IMG/VR virus record: IMGVR_UViG_3300018080_000107
Source: a virus
Strand: one strand, 5' to 3'
Length of the DNA: 64,000 bases
Positions within the stretch are counted from its first letter, which is position 1, and each line of letters starts with the position of its first letter. The translations under genes were made by a program, and so were the position numbers. Under the pieces are notes generated by a model. That model worked only from the letters and a program-made list of their open reading frames with translations, did not search any database and was not told the DNA's origin. Positions 29,783-40,265 of the stretch are shown here, piece by piece.

Positions 29783-30541
29783 TTATCCTCCAGCCCTCAA
29801 AGTGATATGTGCTTCACCTTCAATAAACTGATCTCCGGCTATTGTGTTATAATCTATTCCATCTCCATTATTCCAAAGTTGTTCAACCTCTGCTGGAGTA
29901 AGTACACGTTTCCATACCGCCATTTCATCCATGTATTCATCATGATTTAAGCTTTGGCCCTTGTATCCAACATAAAATTCAGAAGAAATATCGTTTCTTA
30001 AATCTACTGAATGTGAAGCAGTCCCATTGTATCCTTCAGAGTTATCAACATAAATAATTTTCTGTTTAGTTGTTGCATTAAATGTGATAACAATATGATG
30101 CCAATCACCATCTAATATCTTATGACCAGAATCTACTTTTCCACTATGCTGTGTACCATTTTCATCTTCTGTCATAAATATAAGCTGTCCAGCATCCCCG
30201 CCAGCAGCATTCGCAAACAAATTCCATGTTCTTCGTTCAGTTACATACTGATGCCATCTACCACCAATTATTATCCATTTTGCAGAATCCCATGATTGTC
30301 GCTGCAACCACAATGATACAGAAAAATCATAATTGTGAAATGTCAAATCTGTTGATGCGGCCATAGTCACACCATATCTGCTTGAATTAGCCCCAGTGTG
30401 ATAATGCGCATTGCCAATTTTACCTGTCACGCTTGTAATTGTTCCAGACTTGGTGAGATTGTTTGAACCATGTTGATCAACCTCAGTAGCGCCTGCAACG
30501 TCCATATTCCAGTAAGAAACTAAATCATCTACAAGAGCCAT
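29783..30541 (-). CDS. LamG/ConA-like lectin domain protein (tail class C)
   Basis: GKIGNA, FSVSLW, WHHIVITF, MDEMAVWKRVLT. Confidence 0.85.
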   Translation of the reverse strand: MALVDDLVSYWNMDVAGATEVDQHGSNNLTKSGTITSVTGKIGNAHYHTGANSSRYGVTMAASTDLTFHNYDFSVSLWLQRQSWDSAKWIIIGGRWHQYVTERRTWNLFANAAGGDAGQLIFMTEDENGTQHSGKVDSGHKILDGDWHHIVITFNATTKQKIIYVDNSEGYNGTASHSVDLRNDISSEFYVGYKGQSLNHDEYMDEMAVWKRVLTPAEVEQLWNNGDGIDYNTIAGDQFIEGEAHITLRAGG

Positions 30542-30543
30542 AC

Positions 30544-30762
30544 TTAATCCTCCTCGGTGTAACCATTAAGAAAAGATATGGATGTGCCCTTGTTGCATCT
30601 TATGGCCTCACTATTTATAAATACGGCTGCTCCCTCATGTATAATAAGTTTACATGGATGAACAATTGCATCACATGCGAATATTTTTCCAGAAGGAATT
30701 TCAATAATCTCTTCTGCATTGGCAATCGCGTTCATTAGTGCCACATTAGTTCTAATTTCCAT
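30544..30762 (-). CDS. Small protein, IVHPC family (paralogue of 39920..40255)
   Basis: 72 aa, AGGAAG RBS; CDAIVHPCKLII. Confidence 0.6.
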   Translation of the reverse strand: MEIRTNVALMNAIANAEEIIEIPSGKIFACDAIVHPCKLIIHEGAAVFINSEAIRCNKGTSISFLNGYTEED

Positions 30763-30771
30763 GACTTACTC

Positions 30772-33700
30772 CTATATTATAAATCCAAGATTTTGAAGCG
30801 TCATTTGGGCACTCCAAACCTTAACTGGCTTATTGTTTGAAGAAGCTGCAAATCGCAAACTAATAAGTTCCAAACTTCCCAGTTCTATAATAATATTCGC
30901 TGACACATCGAGTACAGTAGCACTTCTGAAATATGATCTTGTTCCAGGTATTTCTACATCATCTTTAAACAATGCAACAGCATGTGTTGTAGCTGAGTCA
31001 CCTTCAACAGACACACTGTATGTCGCACGTGCTTGAGAAACAATCCCATGTGGGAAGAACGACTGGAAACCACTCGGCGAAATACTTACACCTGTTCCAC
31101 CTGATCCTCCACTTGCCTCATGAAAAACATAATATTCAAATTGTTCAGCAACTGGCAAATCAAAAGATTGACCGTTCCACGCATTATCTTCATATATAGT
31201 AGAATACCTCAAAAGTGGATTAGTAATTCTATCCCAAATATTATCGTGTCCATATCGTAAATAACCACTTGCAAAGTGATAATATTCATCACCAAAAACG
31301 GCTGTAGTTCCAGAAGCCACACCAGGCATATCACCAGTCCAACCACTTGCTACCGCACGCGCTGGCACAACAGGATTGTCTGCTATCGTTATTGAGTCAG
31401 AAGAAATATGTACTGTTCCGGTCCCGATTTGTACTCCGTTTACAAAGTATCCCGACTGTGCAGTAATTGTTCCCAGTTTGTCAATGGTACACTTTTCATC
31501 TGTTGTCCGTAAATCCCATCCAGTACCTGCGTTCTGAAGATAAATCATATCCCCTGCGCCAGCACCAGTTTTTACCAGATCAAGAACATGGCTATTTCCT
31601 TGATTGTTTATATTGATACAATTACCAACAGTTGTATTGCTCATGTAGAAACAATGGTCAGTTCCACCACTCTTCTGCATATAGATGCCATACCCACCGC
31701 CAGTATGAATGAACTCTAAAGATGTACCGTCACTTCCACTATTAATTTTTATTCCGCCACCTTCACCGGCAACGATATTAATAGCTTCTTTTGTTGCACT
31801 GGCATTTGAAATGTCAATACCATAACCTTCGCCAGTGTTATTTATATCAAGTGCAGATCCACTTCCAGCATTCTCAATTTGCATTGCATGCGAATCACCA
31901 ACCGTGGTTTTATCAATGTACAGCCCACGTTCTTCTCCAGCTTGAGTTATGCTTAACCCAATCTCATCATTGTTTTGAGTGATATCAAGTGAGCTATCCC
32001 CAGAAGCTGTTGATATGTTGATTCCAGCAAAACTTGCTTCTCCATTGGCATTTATGTTCCATGCTGGCGCTGTAATTGAATCGGGAGAAATATGAACCGA
32101 CCCTTCTCCAACTTGCATCCCATTTAAGAAACGGCCAGATGCAGTAATCATTGTTGCATTGTCGTCACCAATACGAATAATATCATCTTCATCACGATCT
32201 ATGTGTGCGCCATAGCCCAAAGCAAGAGAACGAAGGCCATATGAAAAAGCATTGCGCCCAATTGCCATAGCATTTTCTGCTCGTGTTTCAGCGGCATAAC
32301 CAATTACAACATTGAAATTTCCACTACCAACAGCATTATTTCCAATGGTCAACACATTGCCTATACCTACATAAGCTGGAGATGTAGCACTATTTCCTAT
32401 ATAAATGTTATTTGAACCATTAGTTGGTCCATCTCCTGCTCCATAACCAATTCCAATATTACTACCGCCACCTTGTCCCCAATTGCCAAGTGCTCGACGA
32501 CCAACTGCTATATTGTTATCACCATTCCATTGTTGACTCAAAGCATAATAACCAATAGCTATATTATAATCACTACCACGACAATTTTGATGTGCTCTTT
32601 GACCTAGTGCAATATTATTAGTCGCGGTATAAACACCTTGACCCTCATACATGGCATAATCACCAATTGCAATATTGTGCTCTGCAGTAACAAAATTAAA
32701 CAAGTTGCTTCTACCAGCACAGAAATTGTAATTAGCCGTTGTACAATCTCTTAATGAACGATATCCAAAAACAGTATTGTAGTTACCAGCAACACTGCCA
32801 GGTGTCGCAGAATCCAAATTTTCTCTTCCAAGCAGAATGTTGTGACTACCACCGCCAAGTGAAAGACCATTATTTTTTCCAAATATAATATTGTGGTCGC
32901 CGCTTGTTAATCCAGATCCAGCACCGTCGCCAAAAACAAAATTATGATCAGCACCTGCTGCAAGTCTATTGAAATTATTTGTACCGATAGCAAAATTATA
33001 TTCACCACTTGACTTCATTATTGTATTGTCAGGAAATCTAATATGTGCCCCGGTTTCAATTCTTGCACCATTCAAAAAGCTACCAGAAGCCATAACAACT
33101 GTAGCGTTATCATCTCCAATGCGAATTTCGTCATCTACATTTGTTGAAGCTTGATAACCTATTGCCGCCGAACGAAGGCCGCCAGCATATGCGTTACGCC
33201 CTATTGCAATACTATCGTCTGCACGAGTTTCTGCATTATTTCCAACAACAAGTGTATAATCTCCACTTGGGGTAGCATTTGTACCAATTCCAATCATACC
33301 CCAATATAGATCATTTGCTGGAACATCACAATTAGCACCAATCAAAACAGAAGTATCAATAGTTGGTGCGCCATTTCCAGCTTGGTATCCAATAGCTACG
33401 TTGTGGTCCCATGCTACGCTCACTAGTGCATCTTGACCAATGGCTATATTGCGGTAAGAATCAATTCCACAGGTTGCCATAGCATTATAACCAATTGCAA
33501 TATGGCTATATCCCGTTCTGTTTTGTTTAGCTGATCTATATCCCAAAGAAATATTTTGATATCCAGTAGTCAAGTCGCTTTGCGCTTCATATCCAATAGC
33601 AATGTTGCTATATGCGCTTGTAGCATTTAAACCAATACTATTACCAATCATATAGTTTTGATAAGCAGTATCTGCAATTGGCATAATTGAATGACCAATA

Positions 33701-34641
33701 CAGGTATTATAGTTGCCTGTTAGTGTCGCATCATCCATAATGCTAGTTCCAATTCCGATAACACCTATAGCACCATCACCCTTTGAAAATACATCACGAC
33801 CAAATATAGCACAAGTTGTTCCACTTGCTCTAACAAGCATATTGCCAGGAAGTTTAACACGATCACCATTTATGTGAATAGTTCCACCACCAACACTTAT
33901 GCCGTTTGTAAATCTACCAGATGGAGCTACTATTGTTCCAACATTGTCTATTTCCCAACCACCAGTCTCACTATAAAGGTCTTTACCAGTACCAGAATTT
34001 ACAATATAGACTACATTGGATGCGCCACCAGTCTTTTCCATGCGCAAACAGGACACATCTGCGTCCCAATCCTTAAGCGTCACCTCGTCACCAACCGCAA
34101 CCTGGCTTGAGAAGCTACCAGAGGCTGCTGAGACATGATCTACTGACAACTCCGCATCAAGAGTCACATTGTCACTAAAATGTCCTGAAGTGGCTGACAG
34201 GCCGCCCTGCTGAGTGATGTGCCAATTGAGTCCTGCAGCGTCTATGGATTCATGATCGCCGGTGTTTTCAACAACAATTCCGCTACCACCGGCATATTGC
34301 AACAATAAACCAGCATGAAGTGGATCTGAAAGCCTTTTGATTAATATTCCACGACCATCATAACCTGGATCAACGCGCAAAGCTTCTACGCCTTGATATG
34401 ACGCACCCAAAATCATTAATGGATTAGAACCAGCTACAGACTTATTAATTTCAATTCCAACACCATCAGCACTCAATACGCCATATATTAATTTTCCTAT
34501 TCCATAACTGGTCAAACCCCAACCAACTACAGAATCATATATGTCCATATTGACCGCACTACCAGCCTCACGTTTATTAATATCAAGAACGTTTTTAATT
34601 CCGCTGGCTGATATGTCGAATAGACCGCGCTTTGAACCCAT
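30772..34641 (-). CDS. Fibre/adhesin protein with YadA-head-like beta-roll repeats
   Basis: 1289 aa; two blocks of NIAIGxxA ~14-aa repeats; collagen/C1q-BclA-like C-terminal domain possible. Confidence 0.75.
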   Translation of the reverse strand: MGSKRGLFDISASGIKNVLDINKREAGSAVNMDIYDSVVGWGLTSYGIGKLIYGVLSADGVGIEINKSVAGSNPLMILGASYQGVEALRVDPGYDGRGILIKRLSDPLHAGLLLQYAGGSGIVVENTGDHESIDAAGLNWHITQQGGLSATSGHFSDNVTLDAELSVDHVSAASGSFSSQVAVGDEVTLKDWDADVSCLRMEKTGGASNVVYIVNSGTGKDLYSETGGWEIDNVGTIVAPSGRFTNGISVGGGTIHINGDRVKLPGNMLVRASGTTCAIFGRDVFSKGDGAIGVIGIGTSIMDDATLTGNYNTCIGHSIMPIADTAYQNYMIGNSIGLNATSAYSNIAIGYEAQSDLTTGYQNISLGYRSAKQNRTGYSHIAIGYNAMATCGIDSYRNIAIGQDALVSVAWDHNVAIGYQAGNGAPTIDTSVLIGANCDVPANDLYWGMIGIGTNATPSGDYTLVVGNNAETRADDSIAIGRNAYAGGLRSAAIGYQASTNVDDEIRIGDDNATVVMASGSFLNGARIETGAHIRFPDNTIMKSSGEYNFAIGTNNFNRLAAGADHNFVFGDGAGSGLTSGDHNIIFGKNNGLSLGGGSHNILLGRENLDSATPGSVAGNYNTVFGYRSLRDCTTANYNFCAGRSNLFNFVTAEHNIAIGDYAMYEGQGVYTATNNIALGQRAHQNCRGSDYNIAIGYYALSQQWNGDNNIAVGRRALGNWGQGGGSNIGIGYGAGDGPTNGSNNIYIGNSATSPAYVGIGNVLTIGNNAVGSGNFNVVIGYAAETRAENAMAIGRNAFSYGLRSLALGYGAHIDRDEDDIIRIGDDNATMITASGRFLNGMQVGEGSVHISPDSITAPAWNINANGEASFAGINISTASGDSSLDITQNNDEIGLSITQAGEERGLYIDKTTVGDSHAMQIENAGSGSALDINNTGEGYGIDISNASATKEAINIVAGEGGGIKINSGSDGTSLEFIHTGGGYGIYMQKSGGTDHCFYMSNTTVGNCININNQGNSHVLDLVKTGAGAGDMIYLQNAGTGWDLRTTDEKCTIDKLGTITAQSGYFVNGVQIGTGTVHISSDSITIADNPVVPARAVASGWTGDMPGVASGTTAVFGDEYYHFASGYLRYGHDNIWDRITNPLLRYSTIYEDNAWNGQSFDLPVAEQFEYYVFHEASGGSGGTGVSISPSGFQSFFPHGIVSQARATYSVSVEGDSATTHAVALFKDDVEIPGTRSYFRSATVLDVSANIIIELGSLELISLRFAASSNNKPVKVWSAQMTLQNLGFII

Positions 34642-34651
34642 TTTTTACTCC

Positions 34652-35206
34652 TTACAGATTATTAGCCTGATCGTCATCAAAGGCACTGTCGAATGGATGC
34701 TTGTTAGGCTCTGCATATTGCCCGTCATGGTCAACATCCTCATATTTCCTTTGTTCACCGTACCACATAAGCGTTCCATATTCAGACAATGTATCAGACC
34801 GCTCATCCTTTTCTGCTTCCTTAAGATAATCTTTTATAGCTTGCTGCAATTCACCACAAACATTTTTAACAGCGTTTTGATATCCGCCGAACCCAGCAGT
34901 TGTATCTACCTCATCAGAACCGCTCTTAATTCTGATTCCTTTACTAACAGCTTCACCCTGCTGTGTCTTAACAGCAAGACATTCCATTTGAAGCACCATG
35001 ATATCCGCAACGGCATTGTCAGGAAAAGTAATAATACCCGAAGCGTCAATAGTTACTTCGTTTGTTGTCCCTGTGAAGTGCAGCCGTCTATTAATACGTC
35101 TTATTGACTTATTAACATAATCTAAGGCTCCAGAAGCAGTAAGCATCTCACCAAGATCGATAGAAACGTCTTCTGCAATATCATTTTGATCAAATTGAAC
35201 GCTCAT
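34652..35206 (-). CDS. Putative head-tail connector (adaptor) protein
   Basis: 184-aa acidic helical protein downstream of the MCP; positional. Confidence 0.5.
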   Translation of the reverse strand: MSVQFDQNDIAEDVSIDLGEMLTASGALDYVNKSIRRINRRLHFTGTTNEVTIDASGIITFPDNAVADIMVLQMECLAVKTQQGEAVSKGIRIKSGSDEVDTTAGFGGYQNAVKNVCGELQQAIKDYLKEAEKDERSDTLSEYGTLMWYGEQRKYEDVDHDGQYAEPNKHPFDSAFDDDQANNL

Positions 35207-35219
35207 TTATTCCCCCGCC

Positions 35220-38200
35220 TTATCCTATTCTATGAATATTGACATTTACATGCTCGAAATTAATCTCGTCACCATTACCGTCGCTTGTCATTTTTAATGT
35301 CACGTTGTCACTTGGACTCAATTGTATAAATCCTGTAAGCGATGCACTTCCTGTGTCACCACCAACTCCAAGCTTTCTCTTTACATGCAAATTGTTCTGC
35401 ATCGTTTCGTTTTTGAATACCATGCCCTCAATTAAGGCACCGCCAGTTCCGCCAAATGACATTTGTGCATTAATAGCATACAGCCCTGCACCATCAGAAC
35501 CTATCAAAAGACCACTTGCTGTGGATGTTACATATCCAGCACCAGCTAAAGATCCATCACTGTATGAAGTTTTAGCGTACCAACTTCCAGCAGTAACAAC
35601 TGTTATTGTTCCTGACTCATGTGCATATATTTCGCCATATGAAGATTTCTGTGCGATAGTTTCACTATCTACATTGATTCCATTTGGTCCAATATGTAAT
35701 GTTGATGTTCCAACCTTAATGCCATTTAGAAATTCTCCAGAAGCAGCAGTGATGGTATTTTCAACCTTAAGATTTTCACATTGAACTTCGGTAAACGAAT
35801 CGCCAAGACGCATTGTGTTGTTGCCACTCGCAACTGCATTGTAGCCAATTGCACTAGCATTATGACACGTGCTAATTGTATCTGCGCCACTGCCGATAAC
35901 CACACAGCCAGATGCTTGAACCGCATCATAAGCTGCGTCTTTCCCGATAATCACATTGCCACCACCAGTAGTTAAACGCTCTGCAGCACGATGTCCTATA
36001 GAAACATTCCAATCACCAAGAGTGACTGCTTGGCCTGCTCTATATCCTATTCCAATACATCCAGATGCATATGTTGCATTGTTTAGTGCGTTAATTCCCA
36101 ACGCTATATTCCAATTTCCATCCCGCAAATAATGTAATGAACTTTGTCCAATTGCTATATTCCAAGAACCAGCATCAAGCCAATTCATTGTAGACGTACC
36201 AATTGCTATATTGCTTGTTCCTTGTCTATCTGTCTGGCCTGCTGCCCAACCCATAGCCTTATATCCAACGGCAACAGAATCTTGTGTTGTCGTGCTAAGA
36301 AATCTTCCAGCTTCTGCACCCAATACTGTATTATAACTTCCATTACGAGTATTGTAAGCATTGTATCCCATAACAGTATTATAATCGCCGCCAGAAATAC
36401 CATAGCCAGCATTTGCACCAACAGCAGTATTGTATTGACCGCCATTAGTTCCCCGCAATGCTTTATATCCGATTCCAACATTGTAATTGCCACCATTGGA
36501 ACCATTATACATTACTTCTTCACCAATTGCAATATTATAACTTCCAGCAGTAGATGCGCCGGTCCAACCCATTGCATCATATCCCATAACAATGTTACGA
36601 GTTCCTTGTGTTAGTGCTCGTCCTGCCTGTTTTCCAATTATAATATTTTCAGCACCAGAATTTACTCTATATCCAGCTTGCTGTCCAATTGCCACATTAC
36701 CGTCACCTTGAACATTGCCTTGCAAAGCTTCATATCCAATTGCAACATTATACTGTGAATCATGACAATCATCCATCGCTCGACATCCGATTGCCACATT
36801 GTAATCTGAAAGGCCAGTCGTATTTTCTCCAGCCTCATATCCAATCGCTACATTGTAATCACCTTGGTCTGAATTTTCTAATGCATAAGCTCCAATACCA
36901 ACATTATATGTGCCAGAAAGTGCCCCATTCATTGCACTTCTACCGATTGCAACATTATTGCCAGCATAAATTGCAGCATCTAAAGCACTAAATCCTATGG
37001 CCACATTATAGTCGCCCAAAGTACCGGCGCTATTTGCATTTGCACCAATTGCTACATTGTATGCACCAGTTGTAATGCCATAACCAGCATCATATCCAAT
37101 CCCGATATTGCTTGAACCAGTTGTTACAGCCCGAAGTGCATTGTAACCAAGTGCTACAGAGTATGCAGCTTCACATGCGCCATTCCCAAGAGCAACATAT
37201 CCAAGAGCAATATTGTTGTGTGCCGACGTAGCATTAGCCATTGCACTTCTACCCAGCGCAATATTTTGGTCCCCATTACAATCTTGCAATGCGGCATTTC
37301 CTATCGCAACATTATAATCTGCAGTTGTAAGATATTGCCCCGCTGCCCTACCAGCAACAAAATTATATGCTCCAGTTGTTAGACCACGCAAAGCATAAAA
37401 TCCCATTGCTACGTTTTCATTACCTTGACAATTTTTTAATGCCTCTTCACCCATTGCAATGTTTGCACTTGCATCATGTGCGTCAATCATAACGTCATGA
37501 CCAAAAGCAATATTGTATTTTGTTTTACCAGTAGCATTTTGTAACGCATACTGCCCGATTGCGACATTACTATCTGCAGTATTATCAGCAAGATATCTAC
37601 CAGCACCTTCTCCAATGGCAACATTGAATGTTCCAGATGCTGCATTTCCAAGAGCATAATATCCGATACCGACATTACTACCCTTTGTAGCATCCTCCGC
37701 TGCATGATGTCCAATTGCAACACTATATTGCCCATTAACATTGTCTTGCAAAGCCTGTGTTCCGATAGCAATGTTTCCTTGTGCCGTTGTTGTAGAACTA
37801 AGAGACTCTTCACCTAATGCTATATTATTTGTTCCAATTGTAATTTTGTAAGCTGAACGATACCCCATTCCTATATTGCCACCACCAGTTGTTATACCTT
37901 GTAATGACTGGTAGCCAAGTCCAATATTGTGTGTACCTGTTATCATAGATTGCATAGATAAAATACCAAGAGCGACATTGTATGAAGCCCCGCTTGCATT
38001 TTGAATAGTGTAATCACCTAGTGCAATATTGCCGTCACTATTGGCTTTAATTCCTTGCATAGAATAGTAGCCCATAGCGATATTACTATCACAATTAGTT
38101 GTTTCAACAGATCCACGAGCAGCCTCGTCACCTATTGCAATGTTCCTATTTCCAGCATGATAACAACCAGCTAAATAACCAAGTGCAACATTATCATCAC

Positions 38201-39920
38201 CATCAGCATTTTGCAATGCTCCATAACCAATGCCAATACTATTTGTTGCATTGACTGAATTATTTAATGCTCCACGTCCCAATGCCACACAAGCTGTTAA
38301 ATTATGTGCGTTGGCAATTGCATATGCACCCATAGCAATATTTTCTACAGATATACCATTTAGATTTTGTCCAGCATATCTTCCAAGAACAACATTGTAA
38401 TCTGATCCAGCATCTTTCAAATCTTCCAATGCATAATAACCAAGCGCAATATTGTACATTCCAGAACCACAAAGTGTGCCAGCATTTTTTCCTACATAAA
38501 TATTATAATCAGCATTGCTAAGACTGTAACCAGCATTTTGACCCAAACAAATATTTCCTTCGCATCCACCAGCGGCTTGGCGCATTGCATCATAGCCCAT
38601 AGCGATATTGTTGTCGCCATTTCCACCACCATTATACAACGAACGAAGACCCATAGCAATATTGTTGCTTCCCCCACCAGTCAATTGCATAGATTGACTA
38701 CCGAGTGCAATATTATTTGCACCACCAGCCTGCAGTGCCAAATTTCCTATTGCTATATTATCATTACCTGTGATTCCATAACCAGCAGAAAGACCAACTA
38801 TAAAGTTGTTTGAAACACCAGCGGCAGTTGTCATTGCCTGATATCCCAAAGCTACATTATTTGCCCCATCTGTATTATCTTCTCCAGCACGATAACCTAT
38901 ACCAATATTTGATGACCCAGTTGTATTTCCTTCAAGAGCCCTAAATCCAATTGCTGTATTGTAAAGACCTTCTGTATTAGCCTCAAGACACTCTTGTCCA
39001 ATTGCCAAATTGTAATCACCAACTGTATTGGCCTTCAAGCAGTCACCACCTATTGCAACATTGTAGTTTGCCGTAGGAGTAAGGTTTCCAAAATTGCTTG
39101 CCCCAATATTAATGTTGTGAATACCACTGGTTTGAATACCCAGCGTAATTGTAGTATCGTCAGGAAAAATTATATTCCCGTATGTTGTTATATTTCCAAG
39201 TTTGTCAATATCCCAATTACCACTTGTTCCAATGATGTCTTTTGCGCCAGCTTCACTTGTGTTGGCTATACGTAGCGCAGCCTGTGAAGACCCTCCTGCT
39301 GTCTTGGCTACATATATTGCATCTTGATTGCCTGCATCAAATACTTGCAGCCCATACCCTGTTCCAGTCTGTTCCATGCGACTTACCGCCGCACTTGTGT
39401 TCGCAGACAAAGACTCAAGGTTAGAGCCACCCGCAGCGTCTTGGTGCATATTTAACCCAACAGCATTAACATCAAGATTAACATCAATTGCAGTACCAGC
39501 TACAAGGTGTGTAATTTTTATTGTTGGGTCAGCAGATGCAGAGCCGATATCACGAGTTACAAGCATACCAATACTTTGACCACCATGTGTAATCGCCAAA
39601 GATTGATGGTTTGCATTTTGTTCAATTGATACTCCAGGTCCATATGCATCTTGTTGGACTTTTAACGCAGCACCAGTTCCATCATTATGGACATCAAGCA
39701 CATTTCCAGCACCTACCGCAGCTTTATGAATAGTAATTCCAGCCACATCATCATTTTGAGTAAATGCTAATGCGCTTCCGCTTGCAGTTATGGTGTTTCC
39801 ATTGTCAAACGCAATTTGCAAATCCGCTTGCACAGGAACGCCCGAAGTTGTGACCAACGGGACACCACTTACTGTCGGGACTCTATCAAAATCACGAGAA
39901 CCTAAAATATCCTGACTCAT
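35220..39920 (-). CDS. Long fibre/adhesin protein with extensive YadA-head-like repeats
   Basis: 1566 aa; ~1100 aa of N(I/V)A(I/L/M)GxxA repeats; C-terminal beta domain. Confidence 0.8.
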   Translation of the reverse strand: MSQDILGSRDFDRVPTVSGVPLVTTSGVPVQADLQIAFDNGNTITASGSALAFTQNDDVAGITIHKAAVGAGNVLDVHNDGTGAALKVQQDAYGPGVSIEQNANHQSLAITHGGQSIGMLVTRDIGSASADPTIKITHLVAGTAIDVNLDVNAVGLNMHQDAAGGSNLESLSANTSAAVSRMEQTGTGYGLQVFDAGNQDAIYVAKTAGGSSQAALRIANTSEAGAKDIIGTSGNWDIDKLGNITTYGNIIFPDDTTITLGIQTSGIHNINIGASNFGNLTPTANYNVAIGGDCLKANTVGDYNLAIGQECLEANTEGLYNTAIGFRALEGNTTGSSNIGIGYRAGEDNTDGANNVALGYQAMTTAAGVSNNFIVGLSAGYGITGNDNIAIGNLALQAGGANNIALGSQSMQLTGGGSNNIAMGLRSLYNGGGNGDNNIAMGYDAMRQAAGGCEGNICLGQNAGYSLSNADYNIYVGKNAGTLCGSGMYNIALGYYALEDLKDAGSDYNVVLGRYAGQNLNGISVENIAMGAYAIANAHNLTACVALGRGALNNSVNATNSIGIGYGALQNADGDDNVALGYLAGCYHAGNRNIAIGDEAARGSVETTNCDSNIAMGYYSMQGIKANSDGNIALGDYTIQNASGASYNVALGILSMQSMITGTHNIGLGYQSLQGITTGGGNIGMGYRSAYKITIGTNNIALGEESLSSTTTAQGNIAIGTQALQDNVNGQYSVAIGHHAAEDATKGSNVGIGYYALGNAASGTFNVAIGEGAGRYLADNTADSNVAIGQYALQNATGKTKYNIAFGHDVMIDAHDASANIAMGEEALKNCQGNENVAMGFYALRGLTTGAYNFVAGRAAGQYLTTADYNVAIGNAALQDCNGDQNIALGRSAMANATSAHNNIALGYVALGNGACEAAYSVALGYNALRAVTTGSSNIGIGYDAGYGITTGAYNVAIGANANSAGTLGDYNVAIGFSALDAAIYAGNNVAIGRSAMNGALSGTYNVGIGAYALENSDQGDYNVAIGYEAGENTTGLSDYNVAIGCRAMDDCHDSQYNVAIGYEALQGNVQGDGNVAIGQQAGYRVNSGAENIIIGKQAGRALTQGTRNIVMGYDAMGWTGASTAGSYNIAIGEEVMYNGSNGGNYNVGIGYKALRGTNGGQYNTAVGANAGYGISGGDYNTVMGYNAYNTRNGSYNTVLGAEAGRFLSTTTQDSVAVGYKAMGWAAGQTDRQGTSNIAIGTSTMNWLDAGSWNIAIGQSSLHYLRDGNWNIALGINALNNATYASGCIGIGYRAGQAVTLGDWNVSIGHRAAERLTTGGGNVIIGKDAAYDAVQASGCVVIGSGADTISTCHNASAIGYNAVASGNNTMRLGDSFTEVQCENLKVENTITAASGEFLNGIKVGTSTLHIGPNGINVDSETIAQKSSYGEIYAHESGTITVVTAGSWYAKTSYSDGSLAGAGYVTSTASGLLIGSDGAGLYAINAQMSFGGTGGALIEGMVFKNETMQNNLHVKRKLGVGGDTGSASLTGFIQLSPSDNVTLKMTSDGNGDEINFEHVNVNIHRIG

Positions 39921-40255
39921 TACTGTTCTCCAATACTCTTTAGATAATTACACCATGTTACGAATGTACAAACTTTGCAATCCATATCTTCCGCCAAATC
40001 TTCTGGCATCAAATGATACAAATGATCTGGATGAATAGGCTCTATTAAATTGAAAGGCTCAAGCCTATGACAATGACCGGCATGGATATCTCCGTCAATA
40101 AGACGAAGAAGACAATGTGGCGGAATTTCGACCATACAAGGATGGACTATATTAAGACCACATTCAAGACTGTGTGTCATACGAATATAACGAACCTTAT
40201 CCAATACAGCCTGTTCTATTTCTTCCCTACTGGAAACTGTTCTAACTTCACCCAT
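39920..40255 (-). CDS. Small Cys/His-rich protein, IVHPC family
   Basis: 111 aa; CGLNIVHPCMVEI; C-terminal CxxC. Confidence 0.6.
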   Translation of the reverse strand: MGEVRTVSSREEIEQAVLDKVRYIRMTHSLECGLNIVHPCMVEIPPHCLLRLIDGDIHAGHCHRLEPFNLIEPIHPDHLYHLMPEDLAEDMDCKVCTFVTWCNYLKSIGEQ

Positions 40256-40265
40256 TTTTTATACC

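Noticed and set aside
26173-30541. Diversity-generating retroelement or invertase shufflon acting on the LamG array
   Set aside because: No reverse transcriptase or recombinase in the window. Paired gene ends differ at all base types rather than only adenines, and all copies are intact and co-oriented.
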